Made by a program: the position numbers and the translations under genes. A DNA stretch of 64,000 nucleotides from Epithemia pelagica (Eukaryota > Protista > Bacillariophyta): NCBI GenBank assembly GCA_946965045.2, contig OX337241.1:2852001-2916000 (forward strand), written 5' to 3'. The notes below the pieces were generated by a model. That model made no database searches. It was not told where the DNA came from and was given only the letters and a program-made list of their open reading frames with translations. Every line of letters begins with the position of its first letter. The first letter of the stretch is position 1. Of the stretch, positions 24,701-35,831 are shown piece by piece.

Positions 24701-25723
24701 CACGACGGGATCCATCCAGTCCTCCTCGTCCTCGTCGTTCGGTTCGTTGTCGTCGGGTTCCCCCGTCGTGGCACTCGAGGACCGCGTTAGGGCCACGAGT
24801 CCGACCCGACTCAAAAGGACCAAATATTGCAACCACAAGCGCACTCGAACGACGCGTCGCGCCAAGCTCGTCGTGTCGTTGTGGTTGTCATTGTAGAGAA
24901 ACATGGCATTGAGATCGTGGGCCAGGCGGCACAAGACATAATTGACGGTCCGTTCCGCCAAGGCCCGGCCGGCATTTGGAGTGGAAGATGATGGTGATGA
25001 TGGTGGCGATTGTTGCAGAGTGGTCACGACGGCCACCGTCAAGGCGGTATAGGGATTGGTTTGCAAGGGTCCGGTCGCCACGGCTTGCACCAGACTCGAT
25101 GCCAAGGGACCGGCCACCACGGCGGCATCCTTGGGATTGGGGTCGGACGACGATTGCAAAAACAAGTGCGCGCGTTGACACACGACTTGGGTCAACCGAG
25201 CGACATTGTCGGCCGTCCACAAGAGGCGTTGGTGTCGACGGTCTTGTTGTGGTTGTTGTTGGGACGATTCATTCCTGGTCATTGTCTTTTGGTCATCCTC
25301 CATGGTAGTTTGGTGCTCCGTGGCGCAAGCCTCTAGTAATTGATGTGGCACTTGTCCCACTTGATAGAGCATTTCATTCAATTGTTGCAACAAGAGGAAT
25401 TGCGGATCGTGGGAGGGCGGTTCGGCACAAAATCGATTGCTTTGGGAAGAGGATGGTGGGGGACCCCGACCTCCCCCTCGGCCTCGACCCCGTCCCCCAC
25501 CATAGGGTTCATGATACTGTGGAGGATATCGTCCACCACCGCCTCGACCTCCTCGATCGCGAAAGCCTCGTCCTCGTCCACCACCACCATGATGATGATA
25601 TCCACCCCGGCGTCCGCCGCCACCACGACCACCTCGACGAGGATTGTTGTTGTACGATCGATGATGCGAGTTGTTGTGATCTATGCCAGACGAATCACGA
25701 TGCGCACTCAAGGGACGATCCAT
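21749..25723 (-). CDS. NCBP1: nuclear cap-binding protein subunit 1 (CBP80), MIF4G-like repeats, with an RGG-rich N-terminus
   Basis: 1324-aa intronless ORF. It contains GLEFVVVEVILSLIVQ, YLSRILLELIK, YNLCQWFSFHLIHSNYQWPADYW (resembling the CBP80 WFSHHLSNF.f.W.W.dW signature) and RGAFVRESL. Confidence 0.8.
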   Translation of the reverse strand: MDRPLSAHRDSSGIDHNNSHHRSYNNNPRRGGRGGGGRRGGYHHHGGGGRGRGFRDRGGRGGGGRYPPQYHEPYGGGRGRGRGGGRGPPPSSSQSNRFCAEPPSHDPQFLLLQQLNEMLYQVGQVPHQLLEACATEHQTTMEDDQKTMTRNESSQQQPQQDRRHQRLLWTADNVARLTQVVCQRAHLFLQSSSDPNPKDAAVVAGPLASSLVQAVATGPLQTNPYTALTVAVVTTLQQSPPSSPSSSTPNAGRALAERTVNYVLCRLAHDLNAMFLYNDNHNDTTSLARRVVRVRLWLQYLVLLSRVGLVALTRSSSATTGEPDDNEPNDEDEEDWMDPVVAATNQSALTLVELLQVLVQAATCVGQSTPPSLGSSTTTTIDSNLAHILAHVVQSTLPYLLLTGGAPQTVSAVRIQHDLVQPLHNLSSSFLNHAPHSSSVFEPGIGSQAILLPYEQDDAKPTGTVKAEDTEAEEEEEEEDEMDDDEDDAARPLCDSLQELQTCLHTLSTMTPYPSRVSLFTDDPWNVMPSSNNNNNNNNNKDATMDEAPSQDGESIPKEEPNDSTMNTNNNKPSTTEAVVYTEPPLMLHFFSHCRALTLLLGGPAALSSSSEAPPTWRTWSLASRHPLQGVVVGRLPIFGSPPTDDGEEEEDDEEEEEEHDNERLRLYRKTFGQVDRYFLGQAVRDCLLCHEPKVSPVGVERGTLKAVAEQVWSLRHFVLDSDTEPTKQNPMKQEEGEPADATATADKETTSAPTAAIGLEFVVVEVILSLIVQSGTIWTESILDVTYLSRILLELIKVEPAAMTAATVLGVATLVEDYMPTLTPTARYNLCQWFSFHLIHSNYQWPADYWTHWQSFVFVGGGSSSVWANSRGAFVRESLALVLEHASPDTISDMVSHLPHALIETMIPPDSEQAEPEGASRKFLDTLKQDLGRRIWGMEEDPFSILQYMGTDELKESFQSALQEEASMTETPSANATFWRTKALIRALWIPLYGERGDLRILLLEKSQPNADAMDQDLSMMENETTDALAQVLNAIRKYRALIEGVVAQETQQQQEGGESNDEKKKELALECECIFLDLLSECCLSYSRTAWITVTKRLLEESILSPMGLLRWSTTGSSSSTETETRDTFSFQHLMEVQLRGWCWEVCEAAMQISGSRLFPVVSDYGHIGLAAAARDTNDDNATNTAPDQGKSRDVRNAESFVTFATPLIQLFLERVRAILLSVPSSDNDDDDNKPRKKLAPQHVAVLEGCKRVVHATRDAYVSCLETARTTRDASFYSDILAVYQESSLAGPNLATLVAPQQGEEESTLSLQVLRQCLERMV

Positions 25724-26849
25724 GTTGTATCCTTCTTGTTGTTGTTGTTGTTGTTGTGCTTGTGCTTGGAATTCTTGGACCGATTCAATGAACTGGTGCC
25801 GTCACACACACACACACTGGAATCGTTTGTCGTCACACGTTGGACCTTGAGTGTTGTGTTCGGAATGGTGCAACGGTCCTCGGTTGTCGGTTGTCGTTCG
25901 CTCAAGATTTGTGTCACGAGGAATCGGCTCCGGTCAATGCCCTTTTCTTTCTTTTGTTTACTTGTCGTTCTCGACTTGTGTGTTAGCTTGGTTGGTTCCT
26001 TGCGTTTGCTGCCCTTCTCTCCAAAGTTGTTGTGGTATTGTCGTTGTCGCTCTCTCTTCTTCTTCTCACCAAAAATCTGGCAGAGAGCATAGAGCAACAC
26101 AGCCAGAGACAGTGTCAGTCAGTCAGTTTGTCAGTCAGCCTGTATATAAGTCAGTCCGTCTGTACTGACTTTCTGTCTGCCGATCTGTACGGATCGGAAG
26201 CGAGCCAGACCAATAACGCGCACAGCCAGCCACGCCCGAGCTCCATTCGCGCCGGTCGAGAAATCATGATCGGCCGGAACAGGATCACCGCACAAACAAA
26301 CTCTCTGTACGGTTCCGTCTCCCCGCCGGGGCGATTGATTGAAAGTGACAGCGAACCACACGACGAGACTGTGCTCCACCACCAACAAGCACGACGGAGG
26401 GGTGGCAAAGAAAGAAATGGCCCCTGTTTGCTGGTTCGCCAAAACATGTCGCCGTTCTTGTCGTCGTCGAGTGACTCGAGCCAAAAAACAACAAGAACAA
26501 CAACACAAGAATCCAATTGCTCCAATGGGAGGGTCCCCATGACACAACAACCAAACATGAGACTACATCACCTTTCTTTCTTCTTCCCCAGTGTGCGTTC
26601 TTGGAGCTGCATCGGCACCCGGACGGTCCACCAGCATGGACTGACCCATTGGTGACACATGCATTAAATGAACGTTGTGGGATCTTCCCCAATCTTGGGA
26701 AGACGATACGACAAAAGTTTATCAAGCGGAAAGAACGACGGATTCTTGGATCTCTTTAGAATATAGGTCTATAGTATTGCGTTGTTCTGATACCTCCCTG
26801 TGGTGGTCACGTTCGACACAACGGCACTCTCGGAACGGAAAACACACTT

Positions 26850-28164
26850 TTACTTTTTTCCTGTTTGTTTCACTTCTTGATGATCTCCCACAGCCAACTG
26901 ATATACACGCATTGGTGAATCGACATAATACGGAGTCCATGAAGTAGTTTTCTTGCCCTTGGACTCGACCAATTCTAAATCCGGAACAGAATAGCCAAAA
27001 ACAGCATTCGAACCAGAAAGCACATCAAAGCCCACGACATAAATGATATTATCGCAACTCGAGGACATACCAAAAAAAGATTCCACTGACTTGTGATACC
27101 ATCGGAACCAACAGTCGCACTAACATCCACTTCTGCAGAAGGCTCCACTGGTGACGCGGGGAAAGCATCTTGAATGTCGTATTGATGAATCAGTCCCCCT
27201 TGGAGCAGAGTTCTATTAAGAAAGCAACCTCCATCCTTACCTCCTCCACGATGTACATGGAGATCATTGTAATAATCATCCGGCTCTACATTGGCAAAAA
27301 CTGTAACGTTAAGCGTATCTTGATGATCATCACGAAACGATACAATCTTTCCGGTCAAACCAACAAACACAATGCTGTTCCACACGGCCAGCGATTTCAC
27401 ACTTGAGAATTCAAAAGGGACATTCTTTCGAAGGAACCATCACTGAGGGAAAAACGTGCAAATGTTTAAGAAAAGGGGATGTCTCTGGCAATCATATACA
27501 ATTTGTCCTGGTCGATATCAAATTCGGCAATGAATTTGCTTGGAGATTTAATAAAGGCTGGTTCAATGGCCCCAGTTTTAGTGTCAATGCGAGCGATCGG
27601 CCTTTTGAGACCACACAGTCCTAAAAACCCAAACCATCCTATTCGAGCAAACAGGAACTCTCCAATTCGCTGCACGTCCTCAACACAAGAACTACAGTCT
27701 CCAGGATTCAAGAAATCTTCCCCCGGATAAAGCAGCACAGCCTCGTTTTCCGTGTCGTCCAGCGGTGAGTACCCATAGATGGATGTCGTGGAGGGCGGAT
27801 CACTAAGGACCATATAGGCTGCATTTTCTTGTTCTTCCTCTACGCTCTCGCTTGAGGCTGCTGCAAAAAGTTCGGCTTCTTCTGCTGCATCATCATGACC
27901 AAGAGCGACAGGCGAAGGAGCTGACGACGAAAAAAGTTCCCGCGAAACAAACATTTCAGATGAAGCGAATTCAGTTCTTCGTATCCAGTATGAATACCTT
28001 GACAATTCCAGAAAACGTTTTGGTACGTTTGCAACTTTATGGATAACGTCATTGTGATGCCAGAGACAAACAGCCATGAACGCATGCATCTCGGCGACAA
28101 CATCTCGGTGACAAAGTTGCAGAGACCCGAGACCCAGTTCTACAGTTCTTGTCGTTCTGTACAT
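26850..28164 (-). pseudogene. fragmented beta-strand-rich (propeller-like) gene
   Basis: Three consecutive protein-like ORFs (27466..28164, 26975..27400, 26850..27086) are linked by a stop and frameshifts, one at an A7 run near 27071. The upstream region is occupied by the copia insertion. Confidence 0.45.
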
Positions 28165-28301
28165 CGCTCTGGAATCCAGTCAACATATTTCAGCATCGCT
28201 CCGATTCTCACATTTGGAGGCTTTTCGCCCCCCTACGATACACAACATGTGATGGCTCCGTTCTATTACTTGTGCCATGACTTGGCTAAGGGTGTAATCA
28301 G

Positions 28302-28562
28302 TGTTGAGGATATGTGACCAGGCGACGAGTAGCAGCGAGCAGACGCCGAGTAGCAGCGAGCAAGCAGCGACTCAAGAATGTGATTCGGAAGCAAAGGATC
28401 CAAACTTGAATGATGAAGATGAAGCCTGGACTTTAGTCCGTCGACGTGGCAAAAGCAACATTAGGCAAGATGAACAAGCAAGTGTTCATTCTAAGGAGAT
28501 TACGTAGTTCGATAAGCCTATAAAGAGTTGCTTTTACGGCACGGCTTGTTTGAGTTTCAACA
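28302..28562 (+). repeat. 5' LTR (261 bp)
   Basis: TGTTGAGGATATG...GAGTTTCAACA; direct repeat of 34381-34644. Confidence 0.97.
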
Positions 28563-28622
28563 TAATCTCCTTAGAAATAAAACCTTATATCGTATCACAG
28601 ACTGTGACGGGAACTACGGTAT

Positions 28623-29294
28623 ATGAGCGAGAGACTTGAAGCGCGTTGGCAAGATATATTGGCTCAATTGGCTCGGCTGACTCTCGAGGAACAAGAAGAG
28701 GTACACGCAATTGAAGAGCGCTTTCAACAAGAATACCGAAGAAGAGAAGCTCAACACCGTCAAACGGTGGCGGCACTTGAGCGTCAACGAGAAACGGATC
28801 GTGACAACGCATACGACGAGTGTGAGATTCGGAAGCAACTTGTGTTTGAAAAAGCTCAAGCAAAACGTGACAGCTTGTTGAGAGAAATCCAATACCTCGA
28901 CGAGGACAAGACACCTGTCCCAGAACCACGGTCAACTACACCGGATCCACCGCAACCATCAAGACAGGCAACGCCCGAACCAGAGGTAAAACAGACAGCT
29001 GGGCCAAGATCCCAAAACAGTACGCCTCAATCTCAAACAAGTCATCCAGTGCAAGTCACACAGCCTCCTTCAATCGCATCGCAAAGAAACAGCCCCATCA
29101 GGTGGATCCCAATTGGAACTAGAGTGTGGGTACTCAATCCCCTCAAGTTGAAGAATCAAACCTCCACCACCTATCTTGAAGGAGTCATATCGAGACACGG
29201 TAGTTTCTACCACTTCATACGCATTTGGAATCCATCGACGGGGAAACACGAAGAACATCGTCGACACCGAGACAGCCTAGCTGTAATCGAATAA
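28623..29294 (+). CDS. accessory ORF1 of the copia element (coiled coil, Pro-rich linker, SH3/KOW-like beta domain)
   Basis: Intact 223-aa ORF between the 5' LTR and gag. Its TAA is separated from the gag ATG by one base (TAAGATG). Confidence 0.7.
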   Translation: MSERLEARWQDILAQLARLTLEEQEEVHAIEERFQQEYRRREAQHRQTVAALERQRETDRDNAYDECEIRKQLVFEKAQAKRDSLLREIQYLDEDKTPVPEPRSTTPDPPQPSRQATPEPEVKQTAGPRSQNSTPQSQTSHPVQVTQPPSIASQRNSPIRWIPIGTRVWVLNPLKLKNQTSTTYLEGVISRHGSFYHFIRIWNPSTGKHEEHRRHRDSLAVIE

Positions 29295-29295
29295 G

Positions 29296-32200
29296 ATGTC
29301 GACTGGTGGGAACGGCCCTCGGCCGGATGGAGCAGAATCAAACGGGGGACGAGGTAATCAAACGGGCGGTCGATCCAATGGAGGCAGAGGACGAGGAGGT
29401 CGTGGCAAAAACCAAGGCCAACAATCAAACACTCGCTTTCAGGGCCAAGAACCATCGCTGAAAGATTGCGTGTTTGATTATAGTGAAGATCCCCAGTCCA
29501 AGCGTTACCTACGCAACGTTGAGTTGTTAGTGGGCTACGTGGGGACATCATTCGACTACTACAACCTAGAGTATCAAAAGGCGCTGGAGAAATTGGAACT
29601 TCAAGATCCAGAGAAAGCAAAGGTTCCAGATGATCCCACAGACCCCATTCAGATGGAAGAATGGAAAATGGAGTACAAGGCGAGAAAGGATCAAGTGAAG
29701 GCCTATCGCAACTTTCGCGCTTCCTTGTTCAGTGTCATTCTCGGGCAATGCACGCCCCTCATGAAGGACAAGTTGCAAGCCAAACCAGAATATGAAGCGA
29801 TCAACGATGAAAGGGACGGTGTAGCTCTACTCAAGTTGATCAAACAAACAACCTTCACGTTTGATTCCGGCCGAATCTACAAGCTGGTCGGTCGTGACAA
29901 GTTGAAAGAAGAGTTTTATGGCTTGAAACGCAGAAATAATCAAACCCTACACAGCTATTATGAAGTGTTTAGAGCAAAAGTGAAAGTTCTCAATGAGGTC
30001 GGTGTGGTGTTGTATGATAAAGATCTCGTGGAGATGATTGCCAAGAAAAACGGAAGGGACCCTCCATCATCTATCGATCGTGACGAAGCACAAGAGAGAT
30101 GTGTGGCAATCCGATTCATCCGAACATGTGGCCATCGCGAGTACGAGGCCCATTTGCAAAACATGTTTTTGGACGGCCACAAAGATGTGTACCCTGCCAC
30201 GCTGGCGGATGCAAGGGCAATTCTTGATAACCGCATGACAGGTAAACAGAAGCAACCGAATCAAAACCAACAGACTCCGACTGAGAATGCCACTGGCATG
30301 GCATACCATACACAAGAGTTGGACGACAGCAATGAAAGCCAAGCAGCGTCCACATTGACTGGTAACAGCCACATGACAACAAACTCACGACAAACCCAGA
30401 GTCGCAATGGGAGTGGCAACAATAGCCGAGGAAGAGAACAAGCGAGTACAGGCAGCGGTCAATCACGAGGTCATGAATCAAATCAAACACAGACCAACAA
30501 TAATGGTGAATTGAATGAGACCAATGAATCAACCGGCCTTCAGGATACGCATCGTGACTCACTTCAATATTCTTTTTCTGCTTCTTCTTCACAGGCTAGC
30601 ATATCTCCAGAATGGCTACTCCTCGACAACCAATCGACTGTAGACATCATCCGAGACTCCACCCTCCTCAAGAACATTCACACAGCCGAGCGCCCAATCA
30701 TGATCCAAAGTCACGCTGGGCGACGTCAAATTTCCAAACAAGGCCTACTCCCCGGATATGGCATCGTCTGGCATGACCCGGAAGGGCCGGCCAACATCAT
30801 ATCACTCAATAATGCACGCACAAGGTTCTCAATCAAGTATGACAGCGAGAACGGCAACACATTCAATCTCTCCGACCGATCTTCAGGGCGACTCAAACAC
30901 CAATTCCTGCCAAGTCAAGACGGTTTGTTCTATATGTATACGTCAAGAATGCAGAGTAGTTTCATCACTACGGTTAATGATAATGAATCTGCTTATTCTC
31001 AAGACGAAGTCTATAGAGCTAAACTGGCACGATCATTAATGGCCAAGATAGGTCGTCCATCCACACGTGATTTCGTACACATCATACGAAACAATCTGTT
31101 GCCGAACACAACGATCACTGTGGACGACGTCAAGAGGGCCGAGAAAATATACGGGCCAGACCTTGGAAGTCTCAAGGGCAAGACGACGCGTCGTAAATCG
31201 CCTGCGGTTGACTCGTCACAGACCGTACCACCACGGATCAAAGAAGAACACAAGGATGTGACACTCACTGTTGATATTCTCCACGTCAACAACATTCCTT
31301 TCCTCGCAACGACGTCAAGGAAGTTACATTTTGGGACTATGGAAGCAATGGCCAATACCACCGACGACGATGTCATGAACTCGTTGCGCAGAGTGGTTGC
31401 AATCTATCGCAGAGGTGGCTTGCGCCCGCGGATGTTGCTCGCGGACGGAGCCTTCTGTTCCGAAAAGATGAAGACAGAGTTGCAATTGATCGGTGTATTG
31501 TTAAACCCTACCGCAAGAGATGAACATGTGGGAGACATTGAAAGGTACATACGTACAGTAAAAGAAAGAATGAGATGCGTTTATAACACCCTACCATTCA
31601 AAGAAATCCCGAAGGTCATGATCATTGAGATGGCCAAATTCGCTACCTTCTGGCTAAATAGTTTCCCTCATCGGTTGGGGATTTCACAATCAGAAAGCCC
31701 ACGACTGCTCGTCACGGGAGAACAGGTCGACTTCAACAAGCACTGTCGCTTCGAATTTGGACAGTACGTCCAATGTCATGAAGAACATGACAACTCGATG
31801 GCGCCCAGGACCATAGGTGCTCTAGCATTGAGGCCTACTGGGAATCGTCAGGGTAGTTATTATTTTTTGAGTCTTGTCAGCGGACGTGTCATAACACGGA
31901 ATCACGCCACAGCCCTACCGATGCCCCAAGAAGTGATCCAACGTGTGCACCAATTGGCTAGAGCCCAAAATATGCAACCAGGGTTAGCTTTTGGTAATAG
32001 AGACAATCGGATTTTGTGGATGGATCAAGACAACGACCTTTACAACGAAGAAGACGATGAATCCTACATCAATGAAGAACAGGAGGACATCGAGCTACGC
32101 TATGATGATGATATGATTGAAGATGAACTGGTGGATGCCGTCAACAATCCCGACTATGTTGATCCTGAAGAAGATGTCAACGGCGAACCTGCAATCAACC

Positions 32201-32511
32201 CGATGTTTGGTCCCGATGATCAACACATGGAAATTCAAGGAGTGGGTGACCCACTAGCCGGAGAACTTGACGACCTGAACGGTCCGGAAATTGAAGGAGT
32301 GGAGGCAGATGGAGAACTGCCAATCCATCCTATGGCAGATGATGATGTTAGTGGAGTCCCGGAGGAGACAGTGATGGATGTGGTTGAGGATGTAGGGGAG
32401 AATGGGGGGGAGCTAGCCGGTGGAGAGGATATGGAAGAGGGACAAGACATACAAGACATTGACACTAATGAAGGTACCGAAGATAACAGTGAGGCTGATC
32501 CGGTACGTCAG

Positions 32512-32546
<35 letters not shown>

Positions 32547-34589
32547 AGACAGGTACAATCTACGACCAAATCGTGAAAGGAGCTACGCGCACCGATACGG
32601 GCACTCGTTTGCCTGTATCGATACTCTAAAAGGAGGGCGTTATGATGGAATCCTTCGAGATGGAGTGTTGTTTCTTGTAGCGAGTGAGGTGAATCAAGCC
32701 ACACCGCAGATGTCTATGAAGAAGGGCATCAAACTGTTTGGAAACAAGGGAGTGGCCGCCGTGAAGGTGGAAATCCAACAATTGCATGATAGAGGAGTAT
32801 TGAGGGCAGTACACAAAACTGACCTCAGCTGGAGTGAGGTGCAACAAGCACTAGGTTACCTAATGTTTTTGAAACGAAAACGGTGTGGCAAGATTAAAGG
32901 AAGAGGCTGTGCCGACGGACGCAAACAACGTGCGTACATAGAGAAAGAAGATTCAGCTTCTCCTACCGTGGCCACCGATTCTGTATTCATCACTGCCGTC
33001 ATTGACGCCCTAGAACGACGTGTGGTTGCTGTGGCAGATATCCCAGGTGCGTTTATGCACTCGGATATGGATCCTGGTGTGTATATGCGGCTTACTGGAC
33101 TAATGGCTGAGCTACTCCTAGAAGTCGACCATGAAGCATATGCCCCATATCTAACATATGAGAAGGGCGAGCCGGTTATATACGTGGAAATGTTGAAGGC
33201 TCTCTACGGGACGTTGCGTGCAGCTCGTCTCTTCTGGGAAAAATTGACCGTGGTGCTCAAAAGTTGGGGATTTCAAATCAACCCCTATGATTCATGCGTT
33301 GCCAACAAGACAATCAACAACAAACATCATGCGTTGCCAACAAGACAATCAACAACAAACAATGCACGGTAACTTGGCACATTGACGATCTGAAAATATC
33401 GCATGTGGACGGTGCCGTTGTGACCAAATTTATTGAGGACCTCAAAGCAGAGTTCGGCCAGTTGGGAGAAATCTCTGTGTCGGAAGGGACAAGGCACGAC
33501 TATTTGGGCATGTTCTTAGACTATGGAGAGGATGGGGTTGTGCAGGTGGACATGAGATCCTACCTGGACACCATTTTGATCTCGCTACCCAAAGAATGGA
33601 TCGGTAAAGCACGGTCACCCGCTGCTAAGCATTTATATCATACGGACCCGAACTCTCGAAAACTCAATGAGGAGGAGGCGGATCGATTCCACAGTGTGAC
33701 AATGCAGTTAGCGTACATGGCGCAAAGAGGACGCCCAGATATACGCACTGCTGTGGCCTTTTTGAGCACTCGTGTCATGAATCCAGACGTTGACGATCAG
33801 AGAAAACTCGGTCGGGTTCTCAAGTACCTACAATCAACCAAGGATCTGATCCTACGACTAGAGGGTGATGGATCTGGAACACTCTGTTGGTGGGTGGATG
33901 CCTCCTTCGCTACTCACCCAGACATGAAAGGACAGACCGGCGGAGTGATGACTATGGGCAAGGGTGCCGTCATGACTGCCTCATCAAAACAAAAACTTGT
34001 GGCGCGAAGTTCAACCGAATGTGAGTTGATAGGCGTGCACGACGTGTTGCCGTCAATGTTATGGAGCCAGAACTTTCTGAGAGCCCAAGGACATGAAGTA
34101 AAGAACGTTGTCCTGCACCAGGACAATCAGAGCAGTATCCTACTGGAACGAAACGGTCGGTTGTCGAGCTCGAAAAGAACCAAACACATCAATCTACGAT
34201 ATTTCTATATCACAGATTGTATTCGCCGAAAGGACGTGAATGTGCGCTTCTGTCCGACGGATGAGATGATCGCTGACTTCTTTACTAAACCATTGCAGGG
34301 TCAAGCTTTTTATCGCCTGCGGGATATCATCATGAATGTGGTCCCGAGTAGTAAGTATCACTCCTCGGCCCAAAGGAGTGTGTTGAGGATATGTGACCAG
34401 GCGACGAGTAGCAGCGAGCAGACGCCGAGTAGCAGCGAGCAAGCAGCGACTCAAGAATGTGATTCGGAAGCAAAGGATCCAAACTTGAATGATGAAGATG
34501 CCGAAGCCTGGACTTTAGTCCGTCGACGTGGCAAAAGCAACATTAGGCAAGATGAACAAGCAAGTGTTCATTCTAAGGAGATTACGTAG
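29296..34589 (+). pseudogene. gag-pol polyprotein frameshifted in RT by a 35-bp tandem duplication (33292-33326 / 33327-33361)
   Basis: ORF 29296..33372 shifts to ORF 33294..34589 exactly at two perfect copies of tcatgcgttgccaacaagacaatcaacaacaaaca. No other lesions seen. Confidence 0.92.
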
Positions 34590-34644
34590 TTCGATAAGCC
34601 TATAAAGAGTTGCTTTTACGGCACGGCTTGTTTGAGTTTCAACA
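34381..34644 (+). repeat. 3' LTR (264 bp)
   Basis: Preceded by purine-rich CAAAGGAGTG. Carries an extra GCC at ~34500 relative to the 5' LTR. Confidence 0.97.
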
Positions 34645-34780
34645 ATCAGCTTGTGCAACTCAAAGGATCCTTCAAAGATGCGCGAAGCAGGAAACGCGGG
34701 GGGCGAAAAATCCGATGCTGGACAGACGCTTAGAGGTACAGGGACGGTCCGGAGGCATTGTCTACCTCTGATGAGAGTTA

Positions 34781-35352
34781 CTCCCTCCTCCTGAAAGAAA
34801 ATACTTCACGTTTTTTTTTGGTTATTTTAGTCGCATAAAAAGATTACGTAGGATCTGGTACAACTCTACAGGAGGACGGCCGGCTCATTCGGAGTATAAA
34901 AATTTTAGAATAATATGGGGGAACATATTGGTTGACATGCGCGAGTCTACACTATTATAGGAAAAGTACAACTTTTGTGTGCGATGAGTGAGCAGAACCA
35001 TGGCCAAAGGTGCCGTCGTTGACCATGGAATTCAGCATGGAAATGGCACGAATCTTGTCAGTTGCACGCATATTCCTACTCTTTGATGCCTCGAGGGGCC
35101 GCCCTGAAGAGGACGTGTTTGGAGCCGCCGTAGAAGTGTCAACCGGTGGGCTCTGAAGACCGATGCTTAAAATCACGCCTTTTGAACAATCGTATCTCGT
35201 TCCAAAGCAAGAATCGAACATAAAAATAATACACCGATATAGAGCTAATAAGTAGGGCTTTCTAACAAAAAAATTTTATGGAAAAAGGACGTTCGCTCGT
35301 GAAAATATCGCTTTTTTGGTAAAATCGTGAAGTATTTTCTTTCAGGAGGGAG
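34781..35352 (-). mobile_element. Stowaway-like Tc1/mariner deletion derivative (572 bp)
   Basis: TA|CTCCCTCC(TCC)TGAAAGAAAATACTTCACG ... CGTGAAGTATTTTCTTTCAGGAGGGAG|TA, i.e. ~27-30 bp TIRs with a TA TSD. An internal minus-strand ORF fragment (RATDKIRAISMLNSMVNDG) may be a transposase N-terminus. Confidence 0.8.
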
Positions 35353-35831
35353 TAACACTCTTTGACAATGAAAAGTGGCTAGAGCTAAACCCTCTCTCCT
35401 CCTACTCCTAGGAGTACAAGAGAAAGATGAGTGGACACCAGTACGACCATCAACATAACTTGAAAAAGAAATTAAAATTCTACTACTTGAGACAAGACTC
35501 GATGGTGAGATGGCACTCTGTGGCGACCCAAACTATGTTTGTGAAGTAGATTTAAATGTATGAGAGGAACCAACGACGGTTCGTACGTAAATGGTTTCAA
35601 GGATAACGAGTGATATGAATCATCCAAGCAAAAGAGGTCCATACTACTTAATGTTAGCAATAAAAAACCAAATGGGTCACCCCACACAGAGGGGGTCCGA
35701 AAAAGAGAGAACGGCAACAGAATATGTTTTTGTTGTTTCATCATATGTTTTTGTGTGTATGAGAATGTATGTTTGAGTCTTGTCCTCTTGCCTCGAAAGC
35801 GATCACCCAAAGGATTCATGGCAACTGGAAT

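Larger units (their letters stand above)
28302..34644 (+). mobile_element. complete Ty1/copia (CoDi-like) LTR retrotransposon, 6343 bp, young
   Basis: TG...CA LTRs identical except for a 3-bp indel, and a 5-bp TSD ATCAG (28297-28301, 34645-34649). Domain order is gag, PR (WLLLDNQSTVD), IN (LTVDILHVN, HVGDIERYIRTVKER), RT (KIKGRGCADG, KALYGTL, WHIDD), RH (WWVDAS, KHINLRYFYITD, MIADFFTKPLQG). Confidence 0.97.

Noticed and set aside
26032-26759. Overlapping short ORFs upstream of NCBP1
   Set aside because: Promoter-like region; no consistent exon chain or motif could be built.
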